From contig CAVRAH010000003.1 in the NCBI GenBank assembly GCA_963718925.1, positions 193,979 to 257,978 on the forward strand: a stretch of 64,000 bases of DNA, given 5' to 3'. The notes below the pieces were generated by a model. The model did not search any database. It was not told where the DNA came from and saw only the letters and a list, made by a program, of their open reading frames with translations. Of this stretch, positions 38,417 to 48,920 are shown piece after piece (the first letter of the stretch is position 1; every line of letters begins with the position of its first letter). The stretch comes from an uncultured Alphaproteobacteria bacterium. Its GTDB lineage: Bacteria; Pseudomonadota; Alphaproteobacteria; Rhizobiales; Xanthobacteraceae. The position numbers and the translations under genes were made by a program.

Positions 38417-40903
38417 TTATTGCGTCGACGAATTGCTGTTGGCAAGGGTCCGCAAGCCGAGCTGCAGCATAAAAGCGTGGCCAAGTATTGGCGGCGAAGT
38501 CGGCGTTGCGTAGGAGAAGAGAGTGACGTAGTTGAGACCAAGCACGAAGCAGTCGTCGACATAGCCGGCCCCCACGACGTATTGGTTGATCTGGTTGGCG
38601 ACGAGATCCCATCGGGCAGCCCCCGTCGCCACCCAATTCGAGGCTATCTTGACCGACCCGCTTACGAGAACGCCTTCGCGGCGCGTCAGGTATCCGATAT
38701 CCGGCTGAGCGGCGTAGTCGCCGTACAACACACTGACCGACCAGCGGTCGAAGTTGGCCTTACCTTCAGCCTCGAAGCGCTGAACTTCCCCGGTCGCCTG
38801 GTCAATTCGCGCGCGCGTGCTGAACGTATAGGTCCGGTTGGGTGAATAGCTGAGGCTGGCGACGTAATCCGACTTCGGCGTCTGGAGGCCGGAATCAACC
38901 CCGGTATTGGTCACGTCTTGCACCGCGAAGGAATTCAGGCCGAACAGCTGGTAGGACTGGCCGAACACCGCCGTGACCGAGCCGCCGCGGTCGAACTGGG
39001 TGGTGGCCTGCACACCGGCATTGGCGCGGCCACCGCCTTCGACGCGGTCATAGCCAGAGAATTTGTCGACGCTGAACAGATTGCTGGTGTCGAAGACCAA
39101 GCTCTGCGCGTCCTCGTTGGGCAGCTTGCCGGCATAGCTTTCATTTGGACGAATGATGACCTGCGCGATCGGTTCGACGGTCGTGGAGCCCCACGGCTGA
39201 ACGTTGATGAAGGGGTAGCGATATTCGAGGCCGACGGTGGGCATCACGCGCAGCGCCTGGGTGTCGCCGACGGGCAGGAAGTTCGAAACGCCCGGCTGAT
39301 TCGAAATGTCGGCGTTGATCGCATCGGCGCGGATGCTGGCAAACGGCGTCCAGATTTCACCCGCGGAATCGGTGAACGACCGACGCCAATCCGCCTCACC
39401 CGTCAATCGCGTGTAGGTGCCGGGCATGCCCCGAAGCAGGCAGTTCGCAGGCACGATGCTCCTCGCGGGATCGGCCGAAATTGTTGCCAGGCAAGAAGCA
39501 TTGGCTGCTGATGCTGCATTGATGGGATCGAAAACCGCGGTTTCGCGGTTGAGGTTGGTGAAATTCGTCTTGTAGCTGAACTCGCCGCCCAGCACCGAGT
39601 GGTTGATCACGTTGGAGTAGTCGACAACGGGCGCAACGACCGGCACCTGAGACTGGCCACCCGAAAGACTGAGAAAATAGATCGTGCGCGCGTCGAAGTA
39701 GCTGCGATTGCCGACGCCGGTCAGGTAAAGCTGCGAAATGGCTTCCGTCGGCAGCGTCAGGAACGACTGCAAAGGGTCCTTGTAAACGGACAGGCTGTAG
39801 TCAAACAACACATTGGGGTCGGTGAGCGCGATGCCTTCCCAGCCCCAAACCCATTGCTGGTTCAGCGCGAACTCGCCTTTCAACTCGACGCCGCCGCGGA
39901 ACTGACGGTCGCCGGGCTGACCGGCGTAAGCGCCGGGATCCAGCTGGTCGATGCCATAGGCGCGGATTTGATAGGATCCATCCAACAGGCGCTGACGGAA
40001 TTCGGCCTGCATCAGCACGCCCTGCTGGGTCGTGAAGCGTGGGTTGAAGGTCGCATCCATATCGGGTGCAATCGCCCAGTAGAATGGGATTTCGACGCCA
40101 ACTCCGTAGCCGACATTCGAGGTGATGCCCGGCATCAAGAACCCGGTCTTGCGCTTCACGGTCGGATCGGGCGTCGAAAAATATGGAATATACGCCAACG
40201 GAACGCCGAAGAACTCCAACTGGGCGTTCTCGAAATAGAGCATCTTGTCGATCTGATCGTGAATGATGCGCATACCCTTGACCTGCCACAGTGGCGGCTT
40301 CTTCGGGTCGTCCTTACAGGGGGCGCAGGCCGTGTACACCCCGTTCTCAAAGACGGTGTAATTGCCGCTGGTGCGGTCCGCGCGGGTCGCGGCCATTCGG
40401 GTCGCGTCGGCGGTGTCGACACGCAGCGAATCGACGAAACCATCGCGGTAGTCGTCGCTCAGATCCATGACGTTGGCGTAGGTAATCTTGCCATCCGCAT
40501 CGGTCATGCGGATGTTGCCTTCGGCATGCAGCCGCTTGCTCTTCTGATCGTAGATGACCTTGTCCGCCTCGACGCTCGTCCCGTTGTAGAACATCTGGAC
40601 GTTGCCGACCGCCGACACCACCGAATTATTGTAGTCGTAATCGACCTCGGTCGCCTGGACGAGCATCTGTCCATCCTTGGCGGGCTTGGGTGTCACTGGC
40701 CGTGGGGGCCTCGGATTGTAGGTAAAGCCCTGTGCCGAGGCGGGAGGCGCCGTCGCCAGTCCCAACACACCAGCCAAGACAATGCCGAGAAGAGCGGCGA
40801 AAGCCGGTCGGCTGACGGCGGTCAAGCGAGCGCAATAGCGGCGCACAATGGCGCGCCGCCGGGATGCAGGCGACCTAACTTGGCGGGCGGCGACAACGGC
40901 CAC
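38417..40903 (-). CDS. lptD: LPS-assembly protein LptD
   Basis: About 830 aa. OstA N-terminal domain plus a large beta-barrel. I prefer the GTG at 40903 (GGAGGA 6 nt upstream, 1-nt overlap with the lptG stop). The ORF stays open to 40969. Confidence 0.9.
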   Translation of the reverse strand: MAVVAARQVRSPASRRRAIVRRYCARLTAVSRPAFAALLGIVLAGVLGLATAPPASAQGFTYNPRPPRPVTPKPAKDGQMLVQATEVDYDYNNSVVSAVGNVQMFYNGTSVEADKVIYDQKSKRLHAEGNIRMTDADGKITYANVMDLSDDYRDGFVDSLRVDTADATRMAATRADRTSGNYTVFENGVYTACAPCKDDPKKPPLWQVKGMRIIHDQIDKMLYFENAQLEFFGVPLAYIPYFSTPDPTVKRKTGFLMPGITSNVGYGVGVEIPFYWAIAPDMDATFNPRFTTQQGVLMQAEFRQRLLDGSYQIRAYGIDQLDPGAYAGQPGDRQFRGGVELKGEFALNQQWVWGWEGIALTDPNVLFDYSLSVYKDPLQSFLTLPTEAISQLYLTGVGNRSYFDARTIYFLSLSGGQSQVPVVAPVVDYSNVINHSVLGGEFSYKTNFTNLNRETAVFDPINAASAANASCLATISADPARSIVPANCLLRGMPGTYTRLTGEADWRRSFTDSAGEIWTPFASIRADAINADISNQPGVSNFLPVGDTQALRVMPTVGLEYRYPFINVQPWGSTTVEPIAQVIIRPNESYAGKLPNEDAQSLVFDTSNLFSVDKFSGYDRVEGGGRANAGVQATTQFDRGGSVTAVFGQSYQLFGLNSFAVQDVTNTGVDSGLQTPKSDYVASLSYSPNRTYTFSTRARIDQATGEVQRFEAEGKANFDRWSVSVLYGDYAAQPDIGYLTRREGVLVSGSVKIASNWVATGAARWDLVANQINQYVVGAGYVDDCFVLGLNYVTLFSYATPTSPPILGHAFMLQLGLRTLANSNSSTQ

Positions 40904-42000
40904 TACCCGTCCTCCTGGTACAACAAGGCCAAAAAGCCGGTGAGGCCGCCCACGCAAACGGGCAGCCACGCCGAAGCGATCGGATGCATCAACTCAGCCT
41001 TGCTCAAATCCTCAGTTACTTTCGACAGAACGTAGAGCAGAAAGCCTGCGCCCACGCCACTCAAAACCATCTTTTGCACGCCGCCGAAGCGGAAGAACCG
41101 CAGACTGACGGCCGCGGCCAGCATGACCATCGCCGCCAGCAAAAACGGCTGTGCGAGCAGCTTGTGGTATTGCAATCGGTACCCGGCGGTCGCGAATCCG
41201 GAGCTCTCGGACGAACGGATGTAGCTGGGTAGTTGCCAAAAAGACACAGTTTCCGGGGTGGAGAAACTGTTGCGAACCTGCGCCGGCGTCAGACTGGTAT
41301 TGAGGGAGAAGCTGTCCTGGTCGACGGGGGGGCCGTCGAGGGTGTAGCGCCGCACGTTTTTGAACAGCCAGCGCCCCTCTTCAAGCGTGGCCGCCTGCGC
41401 CTCTATTCGCTCCTTGAACTGGTAATCGTCGTCGAATCGGAACACCGTCAGCCCGGTTAGCCGCACGCCCTGTTGCTCGCTGCGGGCAGCATTGATGATG
41501 GCCTGGCCGTCGCTGTTCACCTGATTGATCCAGAAACCGGACGCATCCTGAACGCCGCCACCGGGGGTAGAGCCGAACAACTCGGCCTCCATCCGTTTGG
41601 AGAGTTCGCGCAGATTTGCAGACATCGGGTTGTAGGCCGTCGTGGCCAGGATCCCGAGCACGATCGCGCTTGCCAGGGCCGGCGCGATGAACTGCCACGC
41701 GGAAACCCCGGCGGCCCGCGCGACCACCAGCTCCAGTCGCCGCGAAAGCGCCAGATAGCAGGTCATCGCACCGATCAGGACGCAAAACGGCATCATCTTT
41801 TCAAGCAGTTGCGGCACTCGGAACAGCGAGGTTTCCGCGACCATGATCGCCGAGGCGTCAACCAACCCGGACGTCTTCCTGACCATTTCGATGTAGTCGA
41901 CCAGCACCAGGAGCATGAAGATGCTGGCGAAAACGCCGAGCGCCGCAACCACAAAGCGGCCGGCAAAATAACGCCCAAGTGTGTTGGTGATCATGCTCAT
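40903..42000 (-). CDS. lptG: LPS export ABC transporter permease LptG
   Basis: MSMITNTLGRYFAGRF.. YjgP/YjgQ permease. 365 aa from the ATG at 42000. The 503-aa listed ORF is an upstream extension. Confidence 0.9.
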   Translation of the reverse strand: MSMITNTLGRYFAGRFVVAALGVFASIFMLLVLVDYIEMVRKTSGLVDASAIMVAETSLFRVPQLLEKMMPFCVLIGAMTCYLALSRRLELVVARAAGVSAWQFIAPALASAIVLGILATTAYNPMSANLRELSKRMEAELFGSTPGGGVQDASGFWINQVNSDGQAIINAARSEQQGVRLTGLTVFRFDDDYQFKERIEAQAATLEEGRWLFKNVRRYTLDGPPVDQDSFSLNTSLTPAQVRNSFSTPETVSFWQLPSYIRSSESSGFATAGYRLQYHKLLAQPFLLAAMVMLAAAVSLRFFRFGGVQKMVLSGVGAGFLLYVLSKVTEDLSKAELMHPIASAWLPVCVGGLTGFLALLYQEDG

Positions 42001-43166
42001 GCTGCGGCAGGCCGACCGAAGAGCCGCAGCAGTCGCGCGTTCGATTTGTTGATGGCTTCGATCAATGCAGCCGGCGGCTCTATGACGATGCCCCCGATGA
42101 TGATCCAGAAGCTCGCGCCGATCGCTGCGGCCAGCATCAGATATTGAACGACCGGAGCGAACGCCGACTTTACCGCCATGACCGAGCAGGCGAATCCCGC
42201 CATGCGCAGCCCGAAAACAGCGAGGATTGAACCGCCGATTGAAAAATTTCGGCTCTGACGCGTCGTGCGCGGCGCGCCGAGAAAGGCAAAGGTGAGCGCC
42301 GCAAATGCAAACGGATAGATTGGCGCCATAAATCGGTCGTGCAACTCCGCGCGAAATTGTCCGGGCAATTGTTCGTAGACCGGATCGCCCGGCGCCGGCG
42401 AGAGCAGCTCCCAAAGATAGCGTTCGCGAATGCCCAGCGCGACGTCGTGGCCCTGATTCGAGAACTTCGACATGTCGAATCCATAGCGGCCGAACGCGAC
42501 GAGCGCCGGGTCACGCTTGCCGGCCTCGAAGCGTTCGAGATTTCCGTCCTCAAGGATCAGAAACGAACCACCTTCGTTCTTCACGACTGTTCCATGGTCG
42601 GCGACGATACTCACGCGCTCCTTCGGATCACGGCGGTCATCGATGAAGATACCTACAAGCAGGCCGCCAGGTTGGCGCTCCCGAATTCGGATAGTCAGGT
42701 TCTGATCGAGCTGGGCGAAGCGGCCGGGTTGCAGGATGTTGGCCAGCACATCCGCAGTGATTTCGGCATCCCACTGCTTGAGCCGGCGCAGGCCGTCGGG
42801 AGCGAGATAAGTGGCGATGAAGGCAACCAGGAATGCCACCACGAAGGTGGCATAGATAAACGGGCGGAACAGCCGAAGCGGCGAGAAGCCGGCCGCGTTC
42901 ATGACAATGATTTCCGAATCGGTCGCGAGCTTGTTCAGCGTATGCGAGATCGCGATCATCAAAGCGATCGGGGAAATGATCAGGACCAGCGCCGGAATGA
43001 CCAGGCTGGTGACGCCGAGGAAGGTCAGGATGGTCTGACCCTGGCTGGTCATCAGGTCGATGCCGCGCAACGCCTGCGTAATCCAGATCACCCCTGTCAG
43101 GCTGACCAGGACCAGCGCAAACGACGCAAGCGTCGTGCGAAAGATATATCTGTCAATCGACCCCAT
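41997..43166 (-). CDS. lptF: LPS export ABC transporter permease LptF
   Basis: MGSIDRYIFRTTLASF.. YjgP/YjgQ permease. 4-nt overlap with the lptG start. Confidence 0.9.
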   Translation of the reverse strand: MGSIDRYIFRTTLASFALVLVSLTGVIWITQALRGIDLMTSQGQTILTFLGVTSLVIPALVLIISPIALMIAISHTLNKLATDSEIIVMNAAGFSPLRLFRPFIYATFVVAFLVAFIATYLAPDGLRRLKQWDAEITADVLANILQPGRFAQLDQNLTIRIRERQPGGLLVGIFIDDRRDPKERVSIVADHGTVVKNEGGSFLILEDGNLERFEAGKRDPALVAFGRYGFDMSKFSNQGHDVALGIRERYLWELLSPAPGDPVYEQLPGQFRAELHDRFMAPIYPFAFAALTFAFLGAPRTTRQSRNFSIGGSILAVFGLRMAGFACSVMAVKSAFAPVVQYLMLAAAIGASFWIIIGGIVIEPPAALIEAINKSNARLLRLFGRPAAA

Positions 43167-43511
43167 CGCTATCGCACGATCCCACCTGGCGCGCCGAAAC
43201 GGCGGCTCACGACCAATCCCGAAAGCGGGATCCCCTTTGGTCGGGCCGCCAAGGCTCCGGCTGGCTACTCTCTCACTACCATCCCTTTGATCCGTCAACA
43301 AAATGGCTGGGCCATGGCACCCTTGCGCTATGGTTAATAATTCGCCTTATGTGGCCCCGGAGCCACGGCGATGCTTGGCAGTACGGCAGCGGACGGGCCA
43401 TAGTGCGCGAAACGCTCTTGACGGATGCCTATTACAGCCGGGAAGAGAACATTCGCAGCAGCCCGGCGGGTCGCCCGACCCCGCGACAGCCTGATTCTGG
43501 AGGATTTGCTT

Positions 43512-45014
43512 ATGACCGACGCCGTCAAGGTCGGCTTCGTCCCGTTTTCCGTCGCCCCGCGCGGGATTCTCGTGGTGTTTTGCGACGATACGCTGCAATT
43601 CGGCCCCGCGACCCGGAAGACACTGGGGGCCGCAGTCAGTTTGGTCAGACGCGCTGCCGAAACCAACCAATTCAAGGGCAAAAGCTCCGCCGCGCTCGAT
43701 ATTTTGGCGCCCGAGGGTCTTAAGGCCAAGCGCCTGGTCGTGATGGGCGTCGGCAAGCTCGCAGAGATCAAGGACAGCGACTTTCTCAAACTTGGCGGCT
43801 CGGCGGCCGGCAAGCTACGGGCCGGGAATGACGCCGTGACGATCGTCGCCGAGTTGCCCACAGGCGCCATGAAGCCCGATCAGGCAGCCGCGATCGCATC
43901 GGGATTAAGGCTGCGTGCCTACAAATTCGACCGCTACAAGACCAAGAAGAAGGAAGGCGAGGAGGGAGCCTTGCGCGCCGATGTCGCGATCGCTGTCGGT
44001 GATGTGGCTGCGACGCGAAAGGCGTTCGCTCCAAGCGCGCATATCGTCGACGGCGTCATCACCGCGCGCGACCTCGTCAATGAGCCGCCCAACGTCTTGT
44101 TCCCGGTGGAATTCGCCCGCCGCGCCAGCCAATTGCGCAAGCTTGGCGTCGGCGTCGAAGTGCTCGACGTCAAGGCCATGACGAAACTCGGAATGGGCGC
44201 GCTGCTCGGCGTCGCCCAGGGCTCCACGCAGGCCGGCCGGACCGTGATCATGCGCTGGAACGGTGGCAAGCGCGGCGATCCGCCGGTAGCCTTTGTCGGA
44301 AAGGGCGTTTGCTTCGACACTGGCGGCATTTCGATCAAGCCCGCGGCAAGCATGGAGGACATGAAGGGCGACATGGGCGGCGCGGCTTGCGTCGTCGGAT
44401 TGATGCATGCGCTGGCCGCGCGGAAGGCAAAGGTCAATGTGGTCGGAGCCATCGGCCTTGTCGAGAACATGCCCGACGGCAACGCGCAGCGTCCCGGCGA
44501 TATCGTGACCTCGATGTCCGGTCAGACCATCGAGATCATCAACACCGACGCCGAAGGCCGGCTGGTGCTGGCCGACGTGCTCTGGTACGTGGCGAAAAAG
44601 GTCAAGCCGAAATTCATGGTCGATCTGGCGACGCTGACCGGCGCCATCATGGTAGCGCTCGGCACCGAATATGCGGGCTTGTTCTCCAACAATGACGAAT
44701 TGGCCGAGCGGTTGACCAAGTCCGGCCTTGCTACGGGGGAACGCGTCTGGCGCATGCCGCTCGGCCCCGAGTACGACAAGCTGATCAATTCGCAATTCGC
44801 CGACGTGAAAAACACCGGCAACCGCAACGGCGGTTCGATAACAGCGGCGCAGTTCCTGCAACGCTTTGTTGACGGCACGCCATGGGCTCATCTCGATATC
44901 GCGGGAACGGCGATGGGCGCGCCGAAAACCGAGATCAATCAAAGCTGGGGTTCCGGCTACGGTGTTCGTCTGCTGGAGCGGTTGGTCGCGGACTATTACG
45001 AAGCCAAGAAATAA
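43512..45014 (+). CDS. pepA: Leucyl aminopeptidase (M17)
   Basis: [16 protein letters not shown] and [12 protein letters not shown]. Confidence 0.95.
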   Translation: MTDAVKVGFVPFSVAPRGILVVFCDDTLQFGPATRKTLGAAVSLVRRAAETNQFKGKSSAALDILAPEGLKAKRLVVMGVGKLAEIKDSDFLKLGGSAAGKLRAGNDAVTIVAELPTGAMKPDQAAAIASGLRLRAYKFDRYKTKKKEGEEGALRADVAIAVGDVAATRKAFAPSAHIVDGVITARDLVNEPPNVLFPVEFARRASQLRKLGVGVEVLDVKAMTKLGMGALLGVAQGSTQAGRTVIMRWNGGKRGDPPVAFVGKGVCFDTGGISIKPAASMEDMKGDMGGAACVVGLMHALAARKAKVNVVGAIGLVENMPDGNAQRPGDIVTSMSGQTIEIINTDAEGRLVLADVLWYVAKKVKPKFMVDLATLTGAIMVALGTEYAGLFSNNDELAERLTKSGLATGERVWRMPLGPEYDKLINSQFADVKNTGNRNGGSITAAQFLQRFVDGTPWAHLDIAGTAMGAPKTEINQSWGSGYGVRLLERLVADYYEAKK

Positions 45015-45025
45015 TTGAAGACCGG

Positions 45026-45478
45026 ATGACGGAAGTTCTATTCTACCATCTGCAGGACATGACGCTGGAAAGCGTGCTGCCGCCGCTGCTTGAGAAATCG
45101 TTGGAGCGTGGCTGGCGAGTCGTCGTGCAGTCGACGTCGCACGAGCGCGCCGACGCGCTCGACGCCCATTTATGGACCTATCGCGACAATTCGTTCCTGC
45201 CGCACGCCACCTGGCGGGCGGGCGACGCACAGGATCAGCCGATCGTGCTGGCGGTGGAGGAAATCAACCCGAATCGGGCCAATGTCAGGTTTCTGGTCGA
45301 CAGCGCCCCCTTGCCGGCGGACTCCGGCGCTTATGACCGGGTCGTTCTGGTATTCAACGGCGACGATGGCGACGCGCTCGCCGCCGCGCGGAGCGCCTGG
45401 ACCGATTGCAAGACGCGGGGTTTCGAGGTCACCTACTGGCAGGCCGACGAGAGGGGCCGCTGGCAGCGGCGCGATTAG
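45026..45478 (+). CDS. holC: DNA polymerase III subunit chi
   Basis: MTEVLFYHLQ.. 150 aa. Conserved pepA-holC pairing. Confidence 0.88.
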   Translation: MTEVLFYHLQDMTLESVLPPLLEKSLERGWRVVVQSTSHERADALDAHLWTYRDNSFLPHATWRAGDAQDQPIVLAVEEINPNRANVRFLVDSAPLPADSGAYDRVVLVFNGDDGDALAAARSAWTDCKTRGFEVTYWQADERGRWQRRD

Positions 45479-45598
45479 CAGGTCCCGGCAATTAATGATA
45501 ATCTATGGTTTCGGCCTCGAACCTTGTATAAGGCCACGGTCATGCCGCAAAGTGATGGTGCGACAATCGCTTAAGGCGGGGATGGGACCGAGTTCATC

Positions 45599-46165
45599 GT
45601 GCAAGACAAATTCCGTCATCAGAAATCCGTGCTGGCGCTGCTGGTGATTGCCCCCATGATCGCGGGCTGCGCAGGCACGTCCGCGTCCGATATCTTTTCG
45701 TCCGATCTCCTGTCGAAGGATGCGGAGTGGTTTTCGCGCAGTGGCAGGCTTTTCATCAAGAACGTTTCGATCGAAACGCCGCCCCTGACCCCCGATAAAC
45801 CCGTCACCCCCGAAGACTTGGTCAGCGCCGACGGCGCTTGCCCGGGAATGACGTCCGCCGGCGTGCCGGCAAATGCCAATGCCTCGTCCGACGGCGCAGC
45901 GGCCGCGCCATCGACCACCGGGACGGTAGCGCTCGGGCATACCGAATGCGATGTCGTGCGCGGAATTGGCGCACCCGATCGCGTCAATATTTCCAACAAT
46001 GCCCGCGGCGAACGGGTGGCGGTTGTCAATTTTTCGCAGGGACAGCGCGCCGGAATCTATACCTTTACCGCCGGGCGGCTGACGTCGATCGAACGTGGGT
46101 CCGATCCGGTGGCGGAGCCGAAGACTGTCAAGCCGAAGGCGAAAAAGAAGCCGGCCGCGACCTGA
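45599..46165 (+). CDS. Hypothetical lipoprotein
   Basis: 188 aa. Lipobox MIAGC. Lys-rich C-terminus. Confidence 0.7.
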   Translation: MQDKFRHQKSVLALLVIAPMIAGCAGTSASDIFSSDLLSKDAEWFSRSGRLFIKNVSIETPPLTPDKPVTPEDLVSADGACPGMTSAGVPANANASSDGAAAAPSTTGTVALGHTECDVVRGIGAPDRVNISNNARGERVAVVNFSQGQRAGIYTFTAGRLTSIERGSDPVAEPKTVKPKAKKKPAAT

Positions 46166-46195
46166 TCGCCTCCAATCAGCCTCGAAGCCCAATCG

Positions 46196-46302
46196 GCTCT
46201 GATTGAAATCAGAACCGAGGCTATGATTTGTTGTTTTGACGCGTCTTCTTCGGGCGAGACGGATTCCACCCCCGGATCAGGTCCCGGGGCATGCTTCGCT
46301 CT
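46196..46302 (+). repeat. Dispersed intergenic repeat, family A, copy 3
   Basis: ctgattgaaatcag palindrome, then ..gttttgacgcgtcttcttcgggcgagacggattccacccccggatcaggtcccggggcatgcttcgctc. Confidence 0.75.
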
Positions 46303-46309
46303 GGCCGGA

Positions 46310-48181
46310 TCAGCCGGCCGCTTCGTCATATTGCGAACTTGCACTCAGCCATTGTTCCTCGGCCCGTTGCAGCGCGCTCGCCGCACTGGCGCGCGCCTTG
46401 CTGAGCTGGGCGGCCTGTTTCGGATCGCGCCTGAACAGATCCGGCAGCGCGAGCGCGGTATCGATTTTGGCGATGATGCCGCTGATGCGCGCGATCTCGG
46501 CTTCGGCGTCTGAAATTTTTTGCTTCAGCGGCACGCGCTTTTCGGCCCTGTTGCGCTGAGGCTTGTCGCGGCCGTCGCTGCGCTCATTGCTGCCGCGGGA
46601 ATTGGCGCGCATGCCGCGCGCCGACAACACCATTCGGCGATAATCGTCGAGGTCGCCGTCATAGGCCGTGACGGCATGATCGGCCACGACCCACAATTGA
46701 TCGGCACAGGCCTCGATCAGATATCGATCGTGGGAGACCATGATGACCGCGCCGGGGAATTCGTTGATCGCTTCGGCGAGCGCAGCGCGGCTGTCGATAT
46801 CGAGATGGTTGGTGGGCTCGTCCAGAATGATCATGTTGGGACCGAAGAAGGTCGCAAGTCCCAGCAGCAGTCGCGCTTTTTCACCGCCCGACAGGCTCCT
46901 GACGAGCGTGTCGCCGGCCTTGCCCGAAAAGCCGATCGCGCCGGTGCGCCCGCGTACCTTGGTTTCGGGGGCGTCCGGCATCAGTTTGCGAACGTGATCG
47001 TAGGGCGAAGCGTCGAGATTGAGCTCATCGACCTGGTGTTGCGCGAAGTACCCGACCAAGAGTTTCTCCGCGCGGGTGACATGTCCGGAGAACGGCGCCA
47101 GTTTGTTGGCGAGCAATTTCACCAGCGTTGATTTGCCGTTGCCGTTGGAGCCGAGCAAGGCGATGCGGTCGTCGGTATCGATGCGCAAGGTAACGCGATT
47201 GAGGACGGGCCGCTTCGGGTCGTAGCCGACCGAAACGTCATCGACCGCGATGATCGGCGGCGACAGCATCTTCTCGGGGACTGGAAATGAGATGTCGCGC
47301 ACGTCCTGCGTCACCAGCGCGGTCACCGGCTTCATTCGTTCCAGCATCTTGACGCGCGACTGGGCCTGGCGGGCTTTCGATGCCTTGGCCTTGAAGCGGT
47401 CGACGAAGGCCTGCAGCCGCTTGCGCTCGTCGGCCTGCCGCTTTGCGTGCTTGGCGTCCAGCATTTCGCGCGTGGCACGTTGTTCTTCAAACGACGAGTA
47501 GGTTCCCTTGTAGAGCGTCAGCTTGCCGCGATCGAGGTGCAGGATCTGATCGACCGAAGTATCGAGCAGGTCGCGATCGTGGCTGATGACGATGACGGTG
47601 CGTGGATAATTGGCCAGATGATCTTCGAGCCACAGCGTGCCCTCGAGGTCGAGATAGTTGGTGGGCTCGTCGAGCAGCAAGAGATCGGGCGCCGAAAACA
47701 ATGTCGCGGCGAGCGCGACGCGCATGCGCCAGCCGCCGGAAAATTCCGAACAGGGTCTGCCCTGGTCGGCGGTGGAAAATCCGAGACCGCTGAGGATCGC
47801 GGCAGCGCGGGCAGGGGCGGAATGCGCGTCGATGTCGACCAGCCGGGTCTGGATGTCGGCGATGCGAATGGGATCCTGCGCAGTCTCTGCTTCGCGCATC
47901 AGGGCTTCGCGCTCGAGGTCGGCCTTCAATACGACTTCGAGCAGGCTTTCCGGGCCGTCGGGAGCTTCCTGCGCGAGGCTGCCGACCCGCCAGCGTGGGG
48001 GGATCGCGATGGTGCCGGTTTCGGTGGGCAATTCGCCCCGGATCGCATGAAACAGCGTCGACTTGCCGACCCCGTTGCGGCCGACGAAGCCCACGCGCGC
48101 GCCGGGCATGATCTGCACGGAGCTGTGATCGATCAGAAGCCGCCCGGCAATCCGGACCGAAACGTCGGTGATTGAAAGCAT
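46310..48181 (-). CDS. ABC-F family ATPase (translation-factor-type; no membrane domain)
   Basis: 623 aa. Two Walker A motifs (GRNGVGKST, GSNGNGKST), two LSGG signatures, an inter-domain linker and a coiled-coil C-terminus. Confidence 0.92.
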   Translation of the reverse strand: MLSITDVSVRIAGRLLIDHSSVQIMPGARVGFVGRNGVGKSTLFHAIRGELPTETGTIAIPPRWRVGSLAQEAPDGPESLLEVVLKADLEREALMREAETAQDPIRIADIQTRLVDIDAHSAPARAAAILSGLGFSTADQGRPCSEFSGGWRMRVALAATLFSAPDLLLLDEPTNYLDLEGTLWLEDHLANYPRTVIVISHDRDLLDTSVDQILHLDRGKLTLYKGTYSSFEEQRATREMLDAKHAKRQADERKRLQAFVDRFKAKASKARQAQSRVKMLERMKPVTALVTQDVRDISFPVPEKMLSPPIIAVDDVSVGYDPKRPVLNRVTLRIDTDDRIALLGSNGNGKSTLVKLLANKLAPFSGHVTRAEKLLVGYFAQHQVDELNLDASPYDHVRKLMPDAPETKVRGRTGAIGFSGKAGDTLVRSLSGGEKARLLLGLATFFGPNMIILDEPTNHLDIDSRAALAEAINEFPGAVIMVSHDRYLIEACADQLWVVADHAVTAYDGDLDDYRRMVLSARGMRANSRGSNERSDGRDKPQRNRAEKRVPLKQKISDAEAEIARISGIIAKIDTALALPDLFRRDPKQAAQLSKARASAASALQRAEEQWLSASSQYDEAAG

Positions 48182-48277
48182 GCGGGCTTTTCACCGCAGC
48201 CACCAGAAAACGCAACCCGTTTGTTGAAATTTGGCGGAGCCGCTCTCCTGAACCGGCTTTGTGCTGCTGGTTTCGGC

Positions 48278-48469
48278 CTAGTTTGACATCAAACGACTGC
48301 CGCCCTCGTCACGCCTGCGCAATTCGCCCATCAGATGCTCCAGGTGGGGCGACAGGGGCGAGGGCTCCGGGCGAAGGCTCTGCTGCAGCCGTTCAGCCAC
48401 GGCCTCACAGATGGATCGGCTGGTGTCGCGGTCAATCCGCTCGCTGTCGTCGTTGGTTCGATCGTCCAT
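48278..48469 (-). CDS. Small acidic hypothetical protein (helical; layout loosely reminiscent of NepR-type anti-sigma peptides)
   Basis: 63 aa with high third-position G+C. ..SICEAVAERLQQSL..PLSPHLEHLMGELRRRDE. The functional label is speculative. Confidence 0.5.
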   Translation of the reverse strand: MDDRTNDDSERIDRDTSRSICEAVAERLQQSLRPEPSPLSPHLEHLMGELRRRDEGGSRLMSN

Positions 48470-48614
48470 GACGCGTTCCGCCTCCCGGCCATCTCAACGA
48501 TGTGATGGCAAACCAAGTCACTGAAGCGGAAAATGTTTCGCGCGGCGAATGGATAGCGCGCTCTTTTGTTAAGATTCCGATGACGGCAGGGATGGTTCCC
48601 CGAGTCTGGTCAGG

Positions 48615-48650
48615 CAAAAGCCCCGGCCGCAACAGGGCCGGGGCTTTTTG
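48615..48650 (-). terminator. Rho-independent terminator-like hairpin downstream of the 48669-48920 gene
   Basis: agccccggcc-gcaacag-ggccggggct (10-bp stem) flanked by aaaa and ttttt, so usable in both directions. Confidence 0.65.
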
Positions 48651-48668
48651 ACGTCCGGATCGGGTGGA

Positions 48669-48920
48669 TCAATAGCAGCGATTGACCAGGCGCCAGCGCG
48701 GTCCCCACGGCGTCGGAACCAGCTGCCGCACATAGCAGCCGCCGTAACCGTAACCACCGTAATAGGCGGGGCCGCCGACGAAGAAGCGCGGGCCGCCCCA
48801 ACCCCAGCCGCGGTGCCAACCGCCATGCCAGCCACCCCAGGCGGAGGTGGAGGTCGGCGCCAGCGCGGCCACACCCAGCGAAGCCACGGCAACTGCAACA
48901 AGCGATAGTTTGCGTAACAT
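48669..48920 (-). CDS. Small secreted Gly/Trp/Tyr-rich protein
   Basis: 83 aa from the ATG at 48920 after GAGGAG. Signal peptide MLRKLSLVAVAVASLGVAALA. WGGWHGGWHRGWGWGG..YYGGYGYGGC..RCY. Confidence 0.7.
   Translation of the reverse strand: MLRKLSLVAVAVASLGVAALAPTSTSAWGGWHGGWHRGWGWGGPRFFVGGPAYYGGYGYGGCYVRQLVPTPWGPRWRLVNRCY

Noticed and set aside
40903-42414. 503-aa version of lptG (likewise 434-aa lptF, 314-aa rplI, 329-aa isochorismatase-like, and 237-aa cytochrome c ORFs)
   Set aside because: The N-terminal extensions are Arg-rich, overlap the upstream gene and lack homology. Internal starts with Shine-Dalgarno sequences give family-typical lengths.
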